Source: Candidatus Hydrogenedentota bacterium (GTDB lineage Bacteria; Hydrogenedentota; Hydrogenedentia; Hydrogenedentales; SLHB01). From it: a DNA stretch of 64,000 bases. Positions 45,301-54,542 of this stretch are shown here, one piece after another. The notes beneath the pieces were generated by a model. The model searched no databases. It worked only from the letters and a program-made list of their open reading frames with translations, and had not been told where the DNA came from. Made by a program: the position numbers and the translations under genes. Position 1 is the first letter of the stretch; each line of letters begins with the position of its first letter. The stretch spans positions 64,001 to 128,000 of the forward strand of contig BTWA01000009.1 in NCBI GenBank assembly GCA_045863295.1. Direction: 5' to 3'.

Positions 45301-48033
45301 GGGTTCTCGGATGACGACATTTATTTCATGAGTCCGGTCGCCAATTCGCCTGGCCATGACGCTTCACCCACGCTTGCAACACTGGATTTTCGCATACAGC
45401 AGGCGGCCACGTCGGGCCAGGACTTGACCTTATTTCTGGTAGGGCGCGCCGGCGCGGACGGCTTCGACGTGAACGACACGGAAGTGTTGACCCCGGCTAC
45501 GCTGAAAGGATGGTTAGACACCCTGCAGAACACACTGCCGGGGCCGGTTGTGTGCATTTTCGATTTCAATGGGGCGGGCAACTTTGTCAACGGCCTCACC
45601 CCGCCAACCGGCAAGTCGCGCATACTCGTTGGAAGTACAAAGGCGACTGGATCGGCGGCATTCACCAATGGTGGCCGCGTATCATTTTCGCATTATTTCT
45701 GGTCGCAGGTGTTGAACGGCGCGCACGTGCATTCCGCGTTCGGCCAGTCGTTCATTGGCATGCAATCCATCGGCACACAGCAAGTGGCCCAGATCGACGA
45801 CAACGGCAATGGCACGCCCAATGAAAAGGAAGACGGTGGGCTTGCCCGCAACTATCGGATTGGCGCGGGCGTGTTGCTGGCGGGCGACGCGCCGCAGATC
45901 GGCAAGCTCGTATTGCCCGCGCAATTGCAGGGTCAGACCTCGTTAACGATTCGTGCCGAAGGGGTCACTTCGACGACCGGCATTGCACAAAACGGGGTAT
46001 GGGCCACTCTGGTGGGTCCCGCGGTTTTGCCTCCTGGCGAAGGCCAGGTGTTTTCGACGTTGCCGACGGTGACGTTGAATCCTTTGGGCAACAATGTATT
46101 CGAAAACGTATTTGCTGGGCTGGGCCGTATCGCACGTTATAAGGTGACGGTATTCGCCAAAGACATCCAGGACAATGTGTCGTTTCCAAAGTCGGGCGAA
46201 GTGATTCAAGTAGGCGCTGCCGGGCAACCTGACTTTTTTGAAGACGACGATGTTGTTGACCGGGCCGTATGGTTCGGCATCAATGGTCCGTTGCAGACGC
46301 ATAATTTTCACGATCCAGGCGACGTGGACTGGCTGCGGTTTTACGGCGAAACCGGCGACGGAATCACGGTCGAGACCGTCGGCCTGGGATCCACTTGTGA
46401 CACGGTGGTTGAAGTGTACAACGCGGCGGGCACTACGCTGCTCGCCAGCAATGACGACCGCTTTCCCGGCGATTTATCGTCGTATCTAGTCTACACCGTG
46501 CCGGCCACCGGGTTGTTTACCGTGAAGGTGCGTCACAACAACCCCGCGACCTCGGGGCAAAACACTTATTACGATGTACGTGTTTGGCGTGAGATAGGCC
46601 CTGCGTTGGACGGCTTCATGTTGGTTCGCGTCGTAAACGGCGCCAATGGATCCATACTCCAGAACGCCAGTGTGACGATTACCAAGACGGATGAACCGGC
46701 CTACAATTTCAATACGACGACCAATTTCAAAGGCGAGACATCGATGTTGACGCTGAAGGCGGCTACGGGCGGCACATCCTATCAGGTGACTGCGCGCTCA
46801 TTGCCGTTCTTTGGAGACACGTCCGTGTCGTCCCAAGTATTCTCCGGCAGCACGTCGCAGCCGCAAGTTACCATCAATCCCATCCCAGGCACCGGCAGCA
46901 TCACGGTGACGGCGCCCAACGGGGGCGAGAATTGGGTGCACGGTGCGTTTGTACCGGTGCAGTGGACGGCCAACGCACCAGCCACTCAAAACGTCCGCAT
47001 TGAATTGCTGAAAGGAGGCGCGCTTTCCCGTACGCTGACCGGTTCAACACCCAACAACGGCTCGTTTAATTGGCAAGTGCCCACCGATTTGGTTCAGGGT
47101 ACGGACTATACCGTACGCGTGTCCTCGTTGACGGAGCAGAATGTAAGCGATACGAGCAACGGCAATTTCAATGTGTCTGGCGGCACGACGCCACCTCCGC
47201 CGCCCCCGCCAAGCCGCAAATCGGCCATTGAGATGGTAACCGGAACCATCGCGGAAGAAGTGCTTCCCGCGGACAACGACGGGGGCATTATCGCGCGCGA
47301 CCAGGCCATAGCGGTGCGTGTGCGAGGATTTGGACCGATCGATCCAGGTTCCGTTCAATGCACAGTGGAAGGTTCGCTGGGATATGCCGCGGGCGGGGCC
47401 CAATGGATTGATGTCACGGGCGACGGCACCGATGGGTGGGCGGTATTTACGCCGGCCGTTCCGTACGCGCCGAATGAAACGTTGACGGTTAGCGTGCATG
47501 CGTCCCTCGCAGACGGTACAGCCGTGGAACCGCTTGTCTTTGAGTTCGTCACCGGTTTGGCGTTTCTGAGCGAACCCGATTCGGAGCCAGCCCTTGAGCT
47601 GTTGAGCGGCCACAGTGCACTTTCGGAATCGTGGGGTGAAGGGGTGGGCGACGTGTACCGTCTTTCGCCAGTGGGTCCTTTTGATGTGGGCGTGCCTGTG
47701 CAACTGCCCGTGCCGGCGGGATACAGCCCCAGCGATTTGCGGGTGTTTTACCACAGTGAATCCGATCGGCACGCTGGCTGGTACCCTGCCGAGGCCGTGG
47801 AAGGCTGGGTCGCGCCCGGCAGTGTACGCGAAGTCACTGTGGACGGCGCTGCCTATCTGGAATTTGAGGCTCATCACAGCGGCGTGGTTCAATTGGGTGC
47901 GCCTTCCGAAGTAGGCGCGTCCGGGGTGGTCCTCGTGGGCCGTCTCAGTTCGTGGGCTGCGTTCGCAGGAGTCTTGGCCGGTACGCTGGTACTGACTGCG
48001 CTGCTGACGCACCGCCTGCGAGGCAAGGCCTGA
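42385..48033 (+). CDS. Large surface protein: NHL beta-propellers, intact C13/legumain-like protease domain, degenerate second copy, Ig-like domains, C-terminal TM
   Basis: Signal peptide; about 12 NHL repeats (F..P.GI.VD...NVYVADTGNDRIQKF); YLVNHGG...YDACQSGSF dyad; ITVTAPNGGE; TM followed by HRLRGKA. Confidence 0.88.
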   Translation: MKYTRLQGPGRLALLIAAVCSLFSVSPLEVGATEYRFERMWPTLQQPWYFGTPGDVTYDQFSDHVYVLDSFNHRVEKYTRDGQFVLRWGVQGDDPGEFFSPQGICVDYFSNVYVADTGNDRIQKFTPNGEFIMEWGSFGTGASQFDEPTGIEIDYYGGLWVTDKKNHRIHKYDFLGNFIGVVGTQGSGPLQFNEPWDICIDNYLGYVFVSDSLNDRIQVLDLNGFFWFNFGGTGTGPKQFDYPIGLEMDFSGYLHVVDESNNRIQTFYPNVSLLDYDFVHEFGMQGSGESQFWSPRGLAVDRDYNLYIADWLNSRLQKVTWFGDYLDSWTSSGPQLGRFGFPRGIARDSQGRIYVAEFIGERVTVFSPQGEPLETFAADDGGNGIAIDSNDNIFVVTESNLVRRYTRDINGVVVENAQFDGTAQGQTPLNAPWSVACDATGDVYVADFNNDRIQVFSNTGTWERTIGTAGSGDGQLNNPSGVFVYNGELYVADGDNDRVQVFTLTGNFVRKWGSDGSGPGQFDGTAGITVDASGNVYTGDLGNGRINVFNTQGVFQGDFGELGTAPGQFFNPIALSTDASGNVLVAELSIHRVQAIKPIAVSSNAKAVIVAAGGPFPGNNLWDATQFCANFAYRSLLFQGYDKGAIQYLSSNQSLDLDSNGLPDDVDADATNANLQQAITQWATGASELVIYLVNHGGQGTFRMSESETLSAASLAGWVNAFQNQANAKIIAIYDACQSGSFLTALQGANRIVMTSATGNENAHFLSGGSISFSNFFWTQVFNGYSVTDSFNYAKDSLGQSIQLQTPQLYDPGNVAATTFIGNGTPTVGDRPVINSVTPPQNINGVTTATIDADVTDPDGLARVWIVIQPPGYAPPSADNPVQDFPSLDLTPDTGNTWTGEYADFTIPGTYNIAVYARDRAGDTSVPVSTAVTVNNPLRRRAIILATGTTNKVAYDLIKPNADLAYSAMKQQGFSDDDIYFMSPVANSPGHDASPTLATLDFRIQQAATSGQDLTLFLVGRAGADGFDVNDTEVLTPATLKGWLDTLQNTLPGPVVCIFDFNGAGNFVNGLTPPTGKSRILVGSTKATGSAAFTNGGRVSFSHYFWSQVLNGAHVHSAFGQSFIGMQSIGTQQVAQIDDNGNGTPNEKEDGGLARNYRIGAGVLLAGDAPQIGKLVLPAQLQGQTSLTIRAEGVTSTTGIAQNGVWATLVGPAVLPPGEGQVFSTLPTVTLNPLGNNVFENVFAGLGRIARYKVTVFAKDIQDNVSFPKSGEVIQVGAAGQPDFFEDDDVVDRAVWFGINGPLQTHNFHDPGDVDWLRFYGETGDGITVETVGLGSTCDTVVEVYNAAGTTLLASNDDRFPGDLSSYLVYTVPATGLFTVKVRHNNPATSGQNTYYDVRVWREIGPALDGFMLVRVVNGANGSILQNASVTITKTDEPAYNFNTTTNFKGETSMLTLKAATGGTSYQVTARSLPFFGDTSVSSQVFSGSTSQPQVTINPIPGTGSITVTAPNGGENWVHGAFVPVQWTANAPATQNVRIELLKGGALSRTLTGSTPNNGSFNWQVPTDLVQGTDYTVRVSSLTEQNVSDTSNGNFNVSGGTTPPPPPPPSRKSAIEMVTGTIAEEVLPADNDGGIIARDQAIAVRVRGFGPIDPGSVQCTVEGSLGYAAGGAQWIDVTGDGTDGWAVFTPAVPYAPNETLTVSVHASLADGTAVEPLVFEFVTGLAFLSEPDSEPALELLSGHSALSESWGEGVGDVYRLSPVGPFDVGVPVQLPVPAGYSPSDLRVFYHSESDRHAGWYPAEAVEGWVAPGSVREVTVDGAAYLEFEAHHSGVVQLGAPSEVGASGVVLVGRLSSWAAFAGVLAGTLVLTALLTHRLRGKA
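42520..44170 (+). repeat. NHL repeat array (protein-level repeats)
   Basis: Recurrent G.G.GQF..P.G[IL]..D...[VL]YVAD..N.R[IV]Q units of about 47 aa; boundaries approximate. Confidence 0.85.
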
Positions 48034-48074
48034 TCCCGGCACGACACGGCTTTTATACCCAGGCGGCTCAACGG

Positions 48075-48896
48075 TTGAGCAGTTCGACGTTAAAGCGACT
48101 GGTCAAAATGACCATCAAGCGTGCGGCACTAACCATCGGCCGTTTCACGCCGCGGTTGCGTGGGAGCCGGATTCTCACGTATCACAGCGTCGGATTTCGT
48201 CTCCACGAAATGAACGTACAACCGGACCGGTTTCGCGAACAAATGACGTGGCTGGCGAAGCACCACCCTTGCATTACCCTTGGACAGGCAGCCTCCGGTG
48301 CGCACGGCGTCGCGATCACATTCGACGACGGCTATACCGACAATCTGCATGTGGCGGCCCCAATTCTGCGCGAATTGAACATTCCCTTCACTGTGTTCAT
48401 GGTGGCCGGTCGTGCGGGAGGCTTGCTGGCTCACGACACCGACCTTGAAACCAGCCGGATCATGACGTGGGACGAAGTGCGCGCCGTGGAAGCCGGCGGC
48501 GGGGAAGTGGGAGGTCATACCATGACCCACGCACGCTTGTCTCGCCTGAATGAAGACGAGCAGCGCCGGGAGATTGGTGAATGCGCGCGTGTGCTGGCGC
48601 GCGAGTTGGGGGAGCGGCCCCGGCCTTTTGCCTATCCCTACGGTAGCGCCGCCGATTTCAATGAGACCAGCCAGCGGCTGGTTCGTGAGATGGGTTTCAC
48701 TTTGGCGGTATCCAACCGGTACGGGGCCAACACGTCCAATGCTGACCTTTGGGCGTTACGACGGATTTGGATCGACGAAACGGACACACTCGCCATGTTT
48801 CAAGCCAAGGTGGACGGCCGTCTGGATCTTCTGTCCGCCCTCGAAACGCCGGCTGCGCTTTGGGGTCGAAGGACTCTGAACCGGCTTTCGGCGTAA
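48075..48896 (+). CDS. Polysaccharide deacetylase (NodB/CE4)
   Basis: ILTYHSV, ITFDDGY, GHTMTH and FAYPYG. Start uncertain (TTG 48075 or ATG 48108). Confidence 0.9.
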   Translation: MSSSTLKRLVKMTIKRAALTIGRFTPRLRGSRILTYHSVGFRLHEMNVQPDRFREQMTWLAKHHPCITLGQAASGAHGVAITFDDGYTDNLHVAAPILRELNIPFTVFMVAGRAGGLLAHDTDLETSRIMTWDEVRAVEAGGGEVGGHTMTHARLSRLNEDEQRREIGECARVLARELGERPRPFAYPYGSAADFNETSQRLVREMGFTLAVSNRYGANTSNADLWALRRIWIDETDTLAMFQAKVDGRLDLLSALETPAALWGRRTLNRLSA

Positions 48897-49133
48897 GAAA
48901 ATGGAACTATCGCGGATGGCTGGCGACTGCCGTCCGCGATACTTCCAAAAGGTAGTGATAGTTGCGCTTTCGATTTCGACTTTTCTTTGTTCTACCAGGT
49001 AAAACGTCTATCTCTTGGTAAATGTTGACAACGGATGCATCGATTGCGATTGCTTTGGCGGGGGCTGCGTTTTCCCGTTCGCCTACCTCATTCGTATGTG
49101 GCTAAAATTAAAGGTTTTAGGTCGTTTTCGCGG

Positions 49134-49162
49134 TTGCGGCCCCCCCTGCCCTGTGGTATACT
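49134..49162 (+). promoter_or_regulatory. Putative sigma70 promoter of the fliM operon
   Basis: TTGCGG-N17-TATACT with extended TG, 44 nt upstream of fliM. Confidence 0.5.
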
Positions 49163-49206
49163 CGCCGGGTAAACGGAAGGGAAGTGCTTAAAGGAATACG
49201 CTGTTT

Positions 49207-50193
49207 ATGGCCGACATTCTCAGCCAAGACGAAGTCGATATGCTGTTGAATGCAGTCGCGCGGGGCGATTTGGAAGTCGAAGAACCGGCTTTCGACCGCG
49301 CCGATACCCGCGACATGATGCACTACGACTTCAGGCGGCCGGAGCGGGTATCCAAGGAGCAACTCAAGGGGTTACAAAGTCTTTTCGAGGCGTTCGCGCG
49401 TGAATTGAGCATCGCGATGCCTCCGTTTCTTCGGACGGTTGTGCGTGTGGATCTTGTTTCCATAGACCAACTTACATATGACGAGTTTATTCTTTCCATA
49501 TCGCGCCCGACGTCAATGTCGGTCATCAACATGTCTCCCTTGGAAGGTAATGCGGTCATTGAGCTTAGCCCCACGATTGTGTTTCCTATCGTGGATCGGG
49601 TTTTAGGGGGGAAGGGCGCGACTTTATCCAGGCCGCGCGAGCTGACAGAAATAGAGAATCGTATCGTCCACCGCATTATGCTTATGATTCTTGACAGCTT
49701 GAAGCGCTCCTGGGAGCAGTTGATCGAGTTTCGTCTTTCGGTATCGCACCAGGAAAGCGATCCGCTGATTGTGCAAATCGTGGCCGGTAGCGAAATGGTC
49801 ATTCTGGTGGCGTACGAGATTCATATTGGCGACACGTCCGGCACGATGAACATGTGCATTCCCTTGCTGGTATTGAATCCGGTATTGGATCAGATTTCGC
49901 AACAAACTCGATTCATTCGCCGAATGAGCACGGAGATGGCGGAGCGCACGCGCAGCCAGATATTCCGGATAATGCGCAAGGCGCTGGTGCCGGTGGATGC
50001 CATTCTTGGCCGTGTAAATTTGCCATTGCACGAAGTGCTGCAATTGGAAGTGGGTGACGTAATTTTGCTGGATTCCGACGTGAAGTCGCCGGTTCCGGTG
50101 GAGGTGGGCGGTGTGCACCGATTTCGTGCACAGCCCGGCCGCCGCGGTGAGCAGAGTGCCGTGCAACTTGTGCAATTGATTGTGGACGATTGA
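49207..50193 (+). CDS. fliM: Flagellar motor switch protein FliM
   Basis: CheY-binding ILSQDEVDMLL, YDFRRPERVSKEQL, QLTYDEF, RELTEIE and a C-terminal SpoA domain. Confidence 0.96.
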   Translation: MADILSQDEVDMLLNAVARGDLEVEEPAFDRADTRDMMHYDFRRPERVSKEQLKGLQSLFEAFARELSIAMPPFLRTVVRVDLVSIDQLTYDEFILSISRPTSMSVINMSPLEGNAVIELSPTIVFPIVDRVLGGKGATLSRPRELTEIENRIVHRIMLMILDSLKRSWEQLIEFRLSVSHQESDPLIVQIVAGSEMVILVAYEIHIGDTSGTMNMCIPLLVLNPVLDQISQQTRFIRRMSTEMAERTRSQIFRIMRKALVPVDAILGRVNLPLHEVLQLEVGDVILLDSDVKSPVPVEVGGVHRFRAQPGRRGEQSAVQLVQLIVDD

Positions 50194-50251
50194 ACGTTCG
50201 CGGGACTGCCGTAGTTGAAGAGTCCGTTGATATCAGGAGGTTCAGGCAACC

Positions 50252-50638
50252 GTGGCCGATAAAGAATCCGAGTCGTTGGGTCAAGAAGAAGTAGGTGAAA
50301 TCTTGAGCGCGCTGGAAGGGATGCAGGACGAAGAGCCTCAGCCTAAACCCACGCCCAAGAAGGAGGCCAAGTCTCCTGTCGGCAACATAGACATGGTGCT
50401 GGACATCAAGCTGACGGCCACGGCACGGCTTGGGCGTGTAGAGATGCCCATTGGCGAAGTGTTGACCTTGGGACCGGGTTCCATCATTGAAGTGGGTCAC
50501 TCGGTGGATGAACCGGTTGAATTGATGGTCAATGACAAGCTGATAGCCCGAGGCGACGTTGTGGTCGTGGACGAAAAATTTGGTTTGCGCATCACCGAGA
50601 TCGTGAGCCCAGCGGAGCGTATAGAAAGCCTTGGCTAA
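50252..50638 (+). CDS. fliN: Flagellar motor switch protein FliN
   Basis: NIDMVLDI.L...LG, L.PGSIIE, EPVELMVN.KLIARGDVVVVDEKFGLRITEI; AGGAGG upstream. Confidence 0.95.
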   Translation: MADKESESLGQEEVGEILSALEGMQDEEPQPKPTPKKEAKSPVGNIDMVLDIKLTATARLGRVEMPIGEVLTLGPGSIIEVGHSVDEPVELMVNDKLIARGDVVVVDEKFGLRITEIVSPAERIESLG

Positions 50639-51437
50639 AACCCATCCGAGCCCAGCGTTTGCTGCCGCCTTAGGCGCCGCGGATCCCGCGGTGGAAAAGG
50701 ACCTGTGGGCGCGCTGGAAGGAACGCGGCGATCCTCGGGCGAGGGAACTTATCATCGTCCGCTACATGCGGGTGGTGAAGTTCATTGCGGGCCGCATGGC
50801 GATGCACGTGCCCAACAACGTCGAGTTGGACGACCTGATAGGGTGGGGCGTTCTGGGCTTATTGGATGCGATTGACAAGTTCGATCCGCAACAGGATGTG
50901 AAGTTTTCGACGTACGCGTCGATTCGCGTGCGTGGCGCGATATTGGACCAGATTCGATCCCTGGATTGGGCGCCCCGGTCCTTGCGGGCCATGGCGCGGC
51001 GGGTTGGATCCGCGCGCGACAAATTGCGGCAGACTCAGGGCCAGGAACCTTCGGTTGACGCGATTGCCGAAGTGCTTGGCACCACGCCGGAATCGGTCGA
51101 GGAGACCATGAGCCAGTTGCAGTCCGTGCAGGTTTTGTCGTTGTACGATTACCTGCCTGCGGAGGATAACGCGGAGTTGCGCAAGCTGGATATGGTCCGT
51201 GACAAGAACGCGGCGGATCCAGCAGAGTCGTTGTCGGAGCAAGAACGGCAGACTCGCATCGTGCAGGCCATCATGGGCCTGCCCGAGCAGCAGCAAAAGG
51301 TGCTGCACTTGTACTATTATGAAGAATTGACCCTGAAAGAAATCGGGGCGGTGTTAAGTGTGACGGAATCGCGGGTGTCGCAGATTCACAGCGCCGCAGT
51401 GAAGACCTTGCGGAATGCGGTGCGCAAAGGCGATTAA
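50631..51437 (+). CDS. fliA: RNA polymerase sigma-28 factor (FliA/WhiG)
   Basis: DDLIGWGVLGLLDAIDKFDP, FSTYA..RVRGAILD.IRSLDWAPRSLR and LYYYEELTLKEIG.VL.VTESRVSQIH. Confidence 0.96.
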   Translation: MAKTHPSPAFAAALGAADPAVEKDLWARWKERGDPRARELIIVRYMRVVKFIAGRMAMHVPNNVELDDLIGWGVLGLLDAIDKFDPQQDVKFSTYASIRVRGAILDQIRSLDWAPRSLRAMARRVGSARDKLRQTQGQEPSVDAIAEVLGTTPESVEETMSQLQSVQVLSLYDYLPAEDNAELRKLDMVRDKNAADPAESLSEQERQTRIVQAIMGLPEQQQKVLHLYYYEELTLKEIGAVLSVTESRVSQIHSAAVKTLRNAVRKGD

Positions 51438-51439
51438 CC

Positions 51440-51778
51440 ATGCCTCAACCTATCGATATGCAGACGGAAGTGGCCCGGGTCACCGCCGTGGAGCGCATTC
51501 AACAGGTGGCAGGGCGTCTTTCGCTTGCCGCGCAACAGCATCAGGCCAATCAGGCGGCGGCGGAGCAACTGGCCGCCGAGACACAGGTGCAGCAGTCGCA
51601 TGCGGCGGAAAACCCCGACGTGGATGCGGAAGGCCGGCGTAAGAACCCGTTTGCCGGGCGGCGGCGGCGCAAGGCCGAGGGTATGGAAGAGCCGCATTCG
51701 GATCCCCGCCGGGATGCGGCGCAGAAGCCGGTAATTCAAGACGGCGAAAGCGAACATCATCTCGACGTGACGGTGTAA
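51440..51778 (+). CDS. Hypothetical flagellar-operon protein (112 aa)
   Basis: 2 nt after fliA; MPQPIDMQ N-terminus and ...HHLDVTV C-terminus resemble small proteins found after fliA. Confidence 0.7.
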   Translation: MPQPIDMQTEVARVTAVERIQQVAGRLSLAAQQHQANQAAAEQLAAETQVQQSHAAENPDVDAEGRRKNPFAGRRRRKAEGMEEPHSDPRRDAAQKPVIQDGESEHHLDVTV

Positions 51779-51844
51779 ATCCGGCGTTCGCGCGGGTGAC
51801 TTGGGTAGACACTTGCGCGGCGACAACATACTGGAAGTGAGACG

Positions 51845-52744
51845 GTGCCAACGTTGTCCAGTTTAGCGGGCCCGCTAATTATGGCGGGAGGTCTTGTATT
51901 GCTTGCGCTTGCAGTCATATTGCTGCAAGATTTGCGGCGCAGGCGCGATCTCATGCCCAAGACAAACCCGGCCAATCCACAAACCGATCTGACGCATATG
52001 CGTTTGCTTATTCAGACCATGCGCGATTTATTGGATCAACAGAAGAGCCTTGCCCACCAATTGAATGCGGCGCTGGATAAGAAGGTGGTCTATATCCGTG
52101 ACAGCGTGGACGCGGCGATGAAAGATCTGGAGATGGTTCGTGGGGTTCTGAAAGAAACGGTGGAATTGGTGGAGCAAGTGCGCCAACGCCCTGAGTTGGG
52201 CGCGGCGCCCGCCAATGTCGCACCGCTGAAACTGCGTGTGCTCGAAAAGGCGGCCGAGCGCGCCGATTCTGAAATTGGGGATGATGCCGCGGGGTCCGTC
52301 CAGGTGATCGCGCTTCCAAAGTCACCGCCGGCGGACGAGGAAGTCCTGAATACGTGGGTTGGTCTCGATTTCCCCGGAGAAGAGCCGGATACCTTTTCAT
52401 TTGTGGATGTGCCTGATCAGGCTCCAGAGGCCCCTGATGATGCGGAAGCCGCGCGCGATGCATTTCGCGCGCTGTTGCTGGATTTTGAATCGACCCACCC
52501 GGAGCGCGAAAAGCGCAAACTTGCCTCTGTGTCAGTGTCGCCTGGGCCCAAGTCGTCCTCCAGTAATGGAGGCAGCCACGGCCCAGCAAACGGGGGTTCG
52601 GCAAAGTCCACGACGCCGGTTCAGTCGCGGGTGTATGAATACAGCGACGCCGGTATGAGCATTGCCCAAATTGCGAAGGAATTGGGCATCGGCAAAGGCG
52701 AGGTCCGGCTCATTTTAAGCCTGCGAAAGGCCAGGGACCGGTAG
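51845..52744 (+). CDS. Membrane-anchored coiled-coil protein with C-terminal HTH-like motif (DUF6115/SwrB-like)
   Basis: N-terminal TM, coiled coil, and C-terminal GMSIAQIAKELGIGKGEVRLILSL. Confidence 0.75.
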   Translation: MPTLSSLAGPLIMAGGLVLLALAVILLQDLRRRRDLMPKTNPANPQTDLTHMRLLIQTMRDLLDQQKSLAHQLNAALDKKVVYIRDSVDAAMKDLEMVRGVLKETVELVEQVRQRPELGAAPANVAPLKLRVLEKAAERADSEIGDDAAGSVQVIALPKSPPADEEVLNTWVGLDFPGEEPDTFSFVDVPDQAPEAPDDAEAARDAFRALLLDFESTHPEREKRKLASVSVSPGPKSSSSNGGSHGPANGGSAKSTTPVQSRVYEYSDAGMSIAQIAKELGIGKGEVRLILSLRKARDR

Positions 52745-52745
52745 C

Positions 52746-54176
52746 ATGGCAGGCCCCGCCGGTGTGTCGCCCACCATCGTGTTGAGTCCGGAGGGAGCTG
52801 CCCTGGCCGCTTGGTTGCGGCCCGGCCTTGAAATCAAAGGCCGCATCGCAGAAAACCCCGCTGGTCTTTCGTTTGTGTCTGGAAGTCGAACTCTTCCGCT
52901 CGGGCCCCAACCCGGTCTAACGGCAGGCCAGAACGTATTGTTGCAGGTGATTCGCGGTGATGCGGGACTGCAATTCAAGCTTTCCATATTGCCGAACACC
53001 GCCAACGCACCCGTTCCTCAATTGCCCATACCACCGGTTCTGATTCCCGTTGCCCAGGATTTGTTTCAAGGTACGGTCCCGGCGACAGTGCAAAAGGATG
53101 CGCAGGGACTTTCGTTGCTGATCCAGGGGCAGCGTGTACCGTTGCCCGCAGGGACGGCGTTCCAGCCCGGTCAGGTCGTGGACGCAAAAGTTGTTATGCA
53201 TTCCGGTCAGGCATTTTTATCCCTGCAGCCGGCATCTTCATCGACAGTGGAGCGCTTGCCGGAAATCATGTTGGCGGTACTGAAGGCGCTGGGGGCGACG
53301 GCAAAGCCGGACGCGGCGCGCGCGATACCTTGGCATGCTGTTCGCGAGAACTCCGCCGCGGTAAGGCAGGTATTGTCGTTGTTCGTGATGCGGCAGCCGT
53401 TGGGCGCCGATCTTCAGCAAGTGGCCGCCTACGTGGCGCAGGGTGTGGAGGCCGGAGTCCTTCCACGCGGCGTGTTGGATGCGCTCACGCAACTGTTGGA
53501 TTTATTCGGCAAAAACGAGCCGGAGGCGTTGGCCGGGGCATTGAAGCAGTGGCGTGGCAGCGCGGACACTCAGTTGGAGACACGCCTTGCACAAGCGCTG
53601 GCGCGCGGACAGGGTGATGCCGCGGTGGAGCTGTTACGCGAGAGCATCCGGGGACATCTTGCCCAAGCACGCAGCCATGACGCATTTACCGCCCTGCTCC
53701 GCGAACGTGGCCAGTTGGATCCATTTGTGGCGGCGGCGGACCGGTTGACGGACCGTCTTGCCGGGGCGGCGCTACAGAATCTTCATGCCACGGACGGCGC
53801 ATATTGGTTCATGGAGTTGCCGTTTAATTCGGAAGGTCCGTTGGAAAGCGCGCAAATTCACGTCATGGGAGATGGACGTAACCGCCGCGAAGTGGACCCG
53901 AGCCAGGCGACAATTGCCATGGACCTGCACTTATCGCAAATCGGCCCTCTCTGGATACAGTTGACGTTTCGCAATGGTGCTTGTTCCTGCCTGTTTCGAT
54001 CGGCCGATTCGGACGTGCTCGACGCGGTTCGAAAACAGTCGGACGAATTGGTGACGGGACTGCGCGAGGCGGGCTATCCCGGCAGCGCCATTCGGACCGA
54101 ACCGTGGGACGAGGATCGCCTTGCGGCGGTGGCAGCGCTCTTCAAGCCCATTGGAGGCGTGAATGCCACCGCGTAG
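52746..54176 (+). CDS. FliK-like protein (C-terminal hook-length-control-like domain)
   Basis: C-terminal FMELP...AQIHV...IAMDLHLSQIGPLWIQL...L..GL.EAGY; directly precedes a FlhB-C-like gene. Confidence 0.65.
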   Translation: MAGPAGVSPTIVLSPEGAALAAWLRPGLEIKGRIAENPAGLSFVSGSRTLPLGPQPGLTAGQNVLLQVIRGDAGLQFKLSILPNTANAPVPQLPIPPVLIPVAQDLFQGTVPATVQKDAQGLSLLIQGQRVPLPAGTAFQPGQVVDAKVVMHSGQAFLSLQPASSSTVERLPEIMLAVLKALGATAKPDAARAIPWHAVRENSAAVRQVLSLFVMRQPLGADLQQVAAYVAQGVEAGVLPRGVLDALTQLLDLFGKNEPEALAGALKQWRGSADTQLETRLAQALARGQGDAAVELLRESIRGHLAQARSHDAFTALLRERGQLDPFVAAADRLTDRLAGAALQNLHATDGAYWFMELPFNSEGPLESAQIHVMGDGRNRREVDPSQATIAMDLHLSQIGPLWIQLTFRNGACSCLFRSADSDVLDAVRKQSDELVTGLREAGYPGSAIRTEPWDEDRLAAVAALFKPIGGVNATA

Positions 54177-54230
54177 CCCACACGGAAGAGGGGTGTCGAG
54201 GGTGCAAGGAATCCTTTGCAGGGAGGGTCT

Positions 54231-54542
54231 ATGAGCGATTCACCACGGCATATCAGCAAGAAGGCGGTGGCGTTGCGCTACGATTTGTCACGTGACTCCG
54301 CCCCCAAAGTGGTGGCTAAAGGCGAGCGGCTGCGTGCGGAGGCCATCATTGCGTTGGCCCGGGAACACGGCGTGCACATACAGGAAGATCCCGATCTGGT
54401 TGCCGTGTTGGGCAAGCTTGATTTGAACACGGAGATTCCGGAGGCGCTGTACCGTGCCGTGGCTGAAGTGCTCGCTTTTGTGTACCGCTTGAATCAGAGT
54501 TTCAGCGGACCGGAAGAGTCATTACCCCGCGTCAAATCTTGA
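54231..54542 (+). CDS. Stand-alone FlhB C-terminal-like protein (EscU/YscU/HrcU family, FlhX/YlqH-like)
   Basis: KAVALRYD....APKVVAKG...AE.II.LA.EHGV.I.ED..LV..L...EIPE.LY.AVAEVLAFVY. Confidence 0.92.
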   Translation: MSDSPRHISKKAVALRYDLSRDSAPKVVAKGERLRAEAIIALAREHGVHIQEDPDLVAVLGKLDLNTEIPEALYRAVAEVLAFVYRLNQSFSGPEESLPRVKS

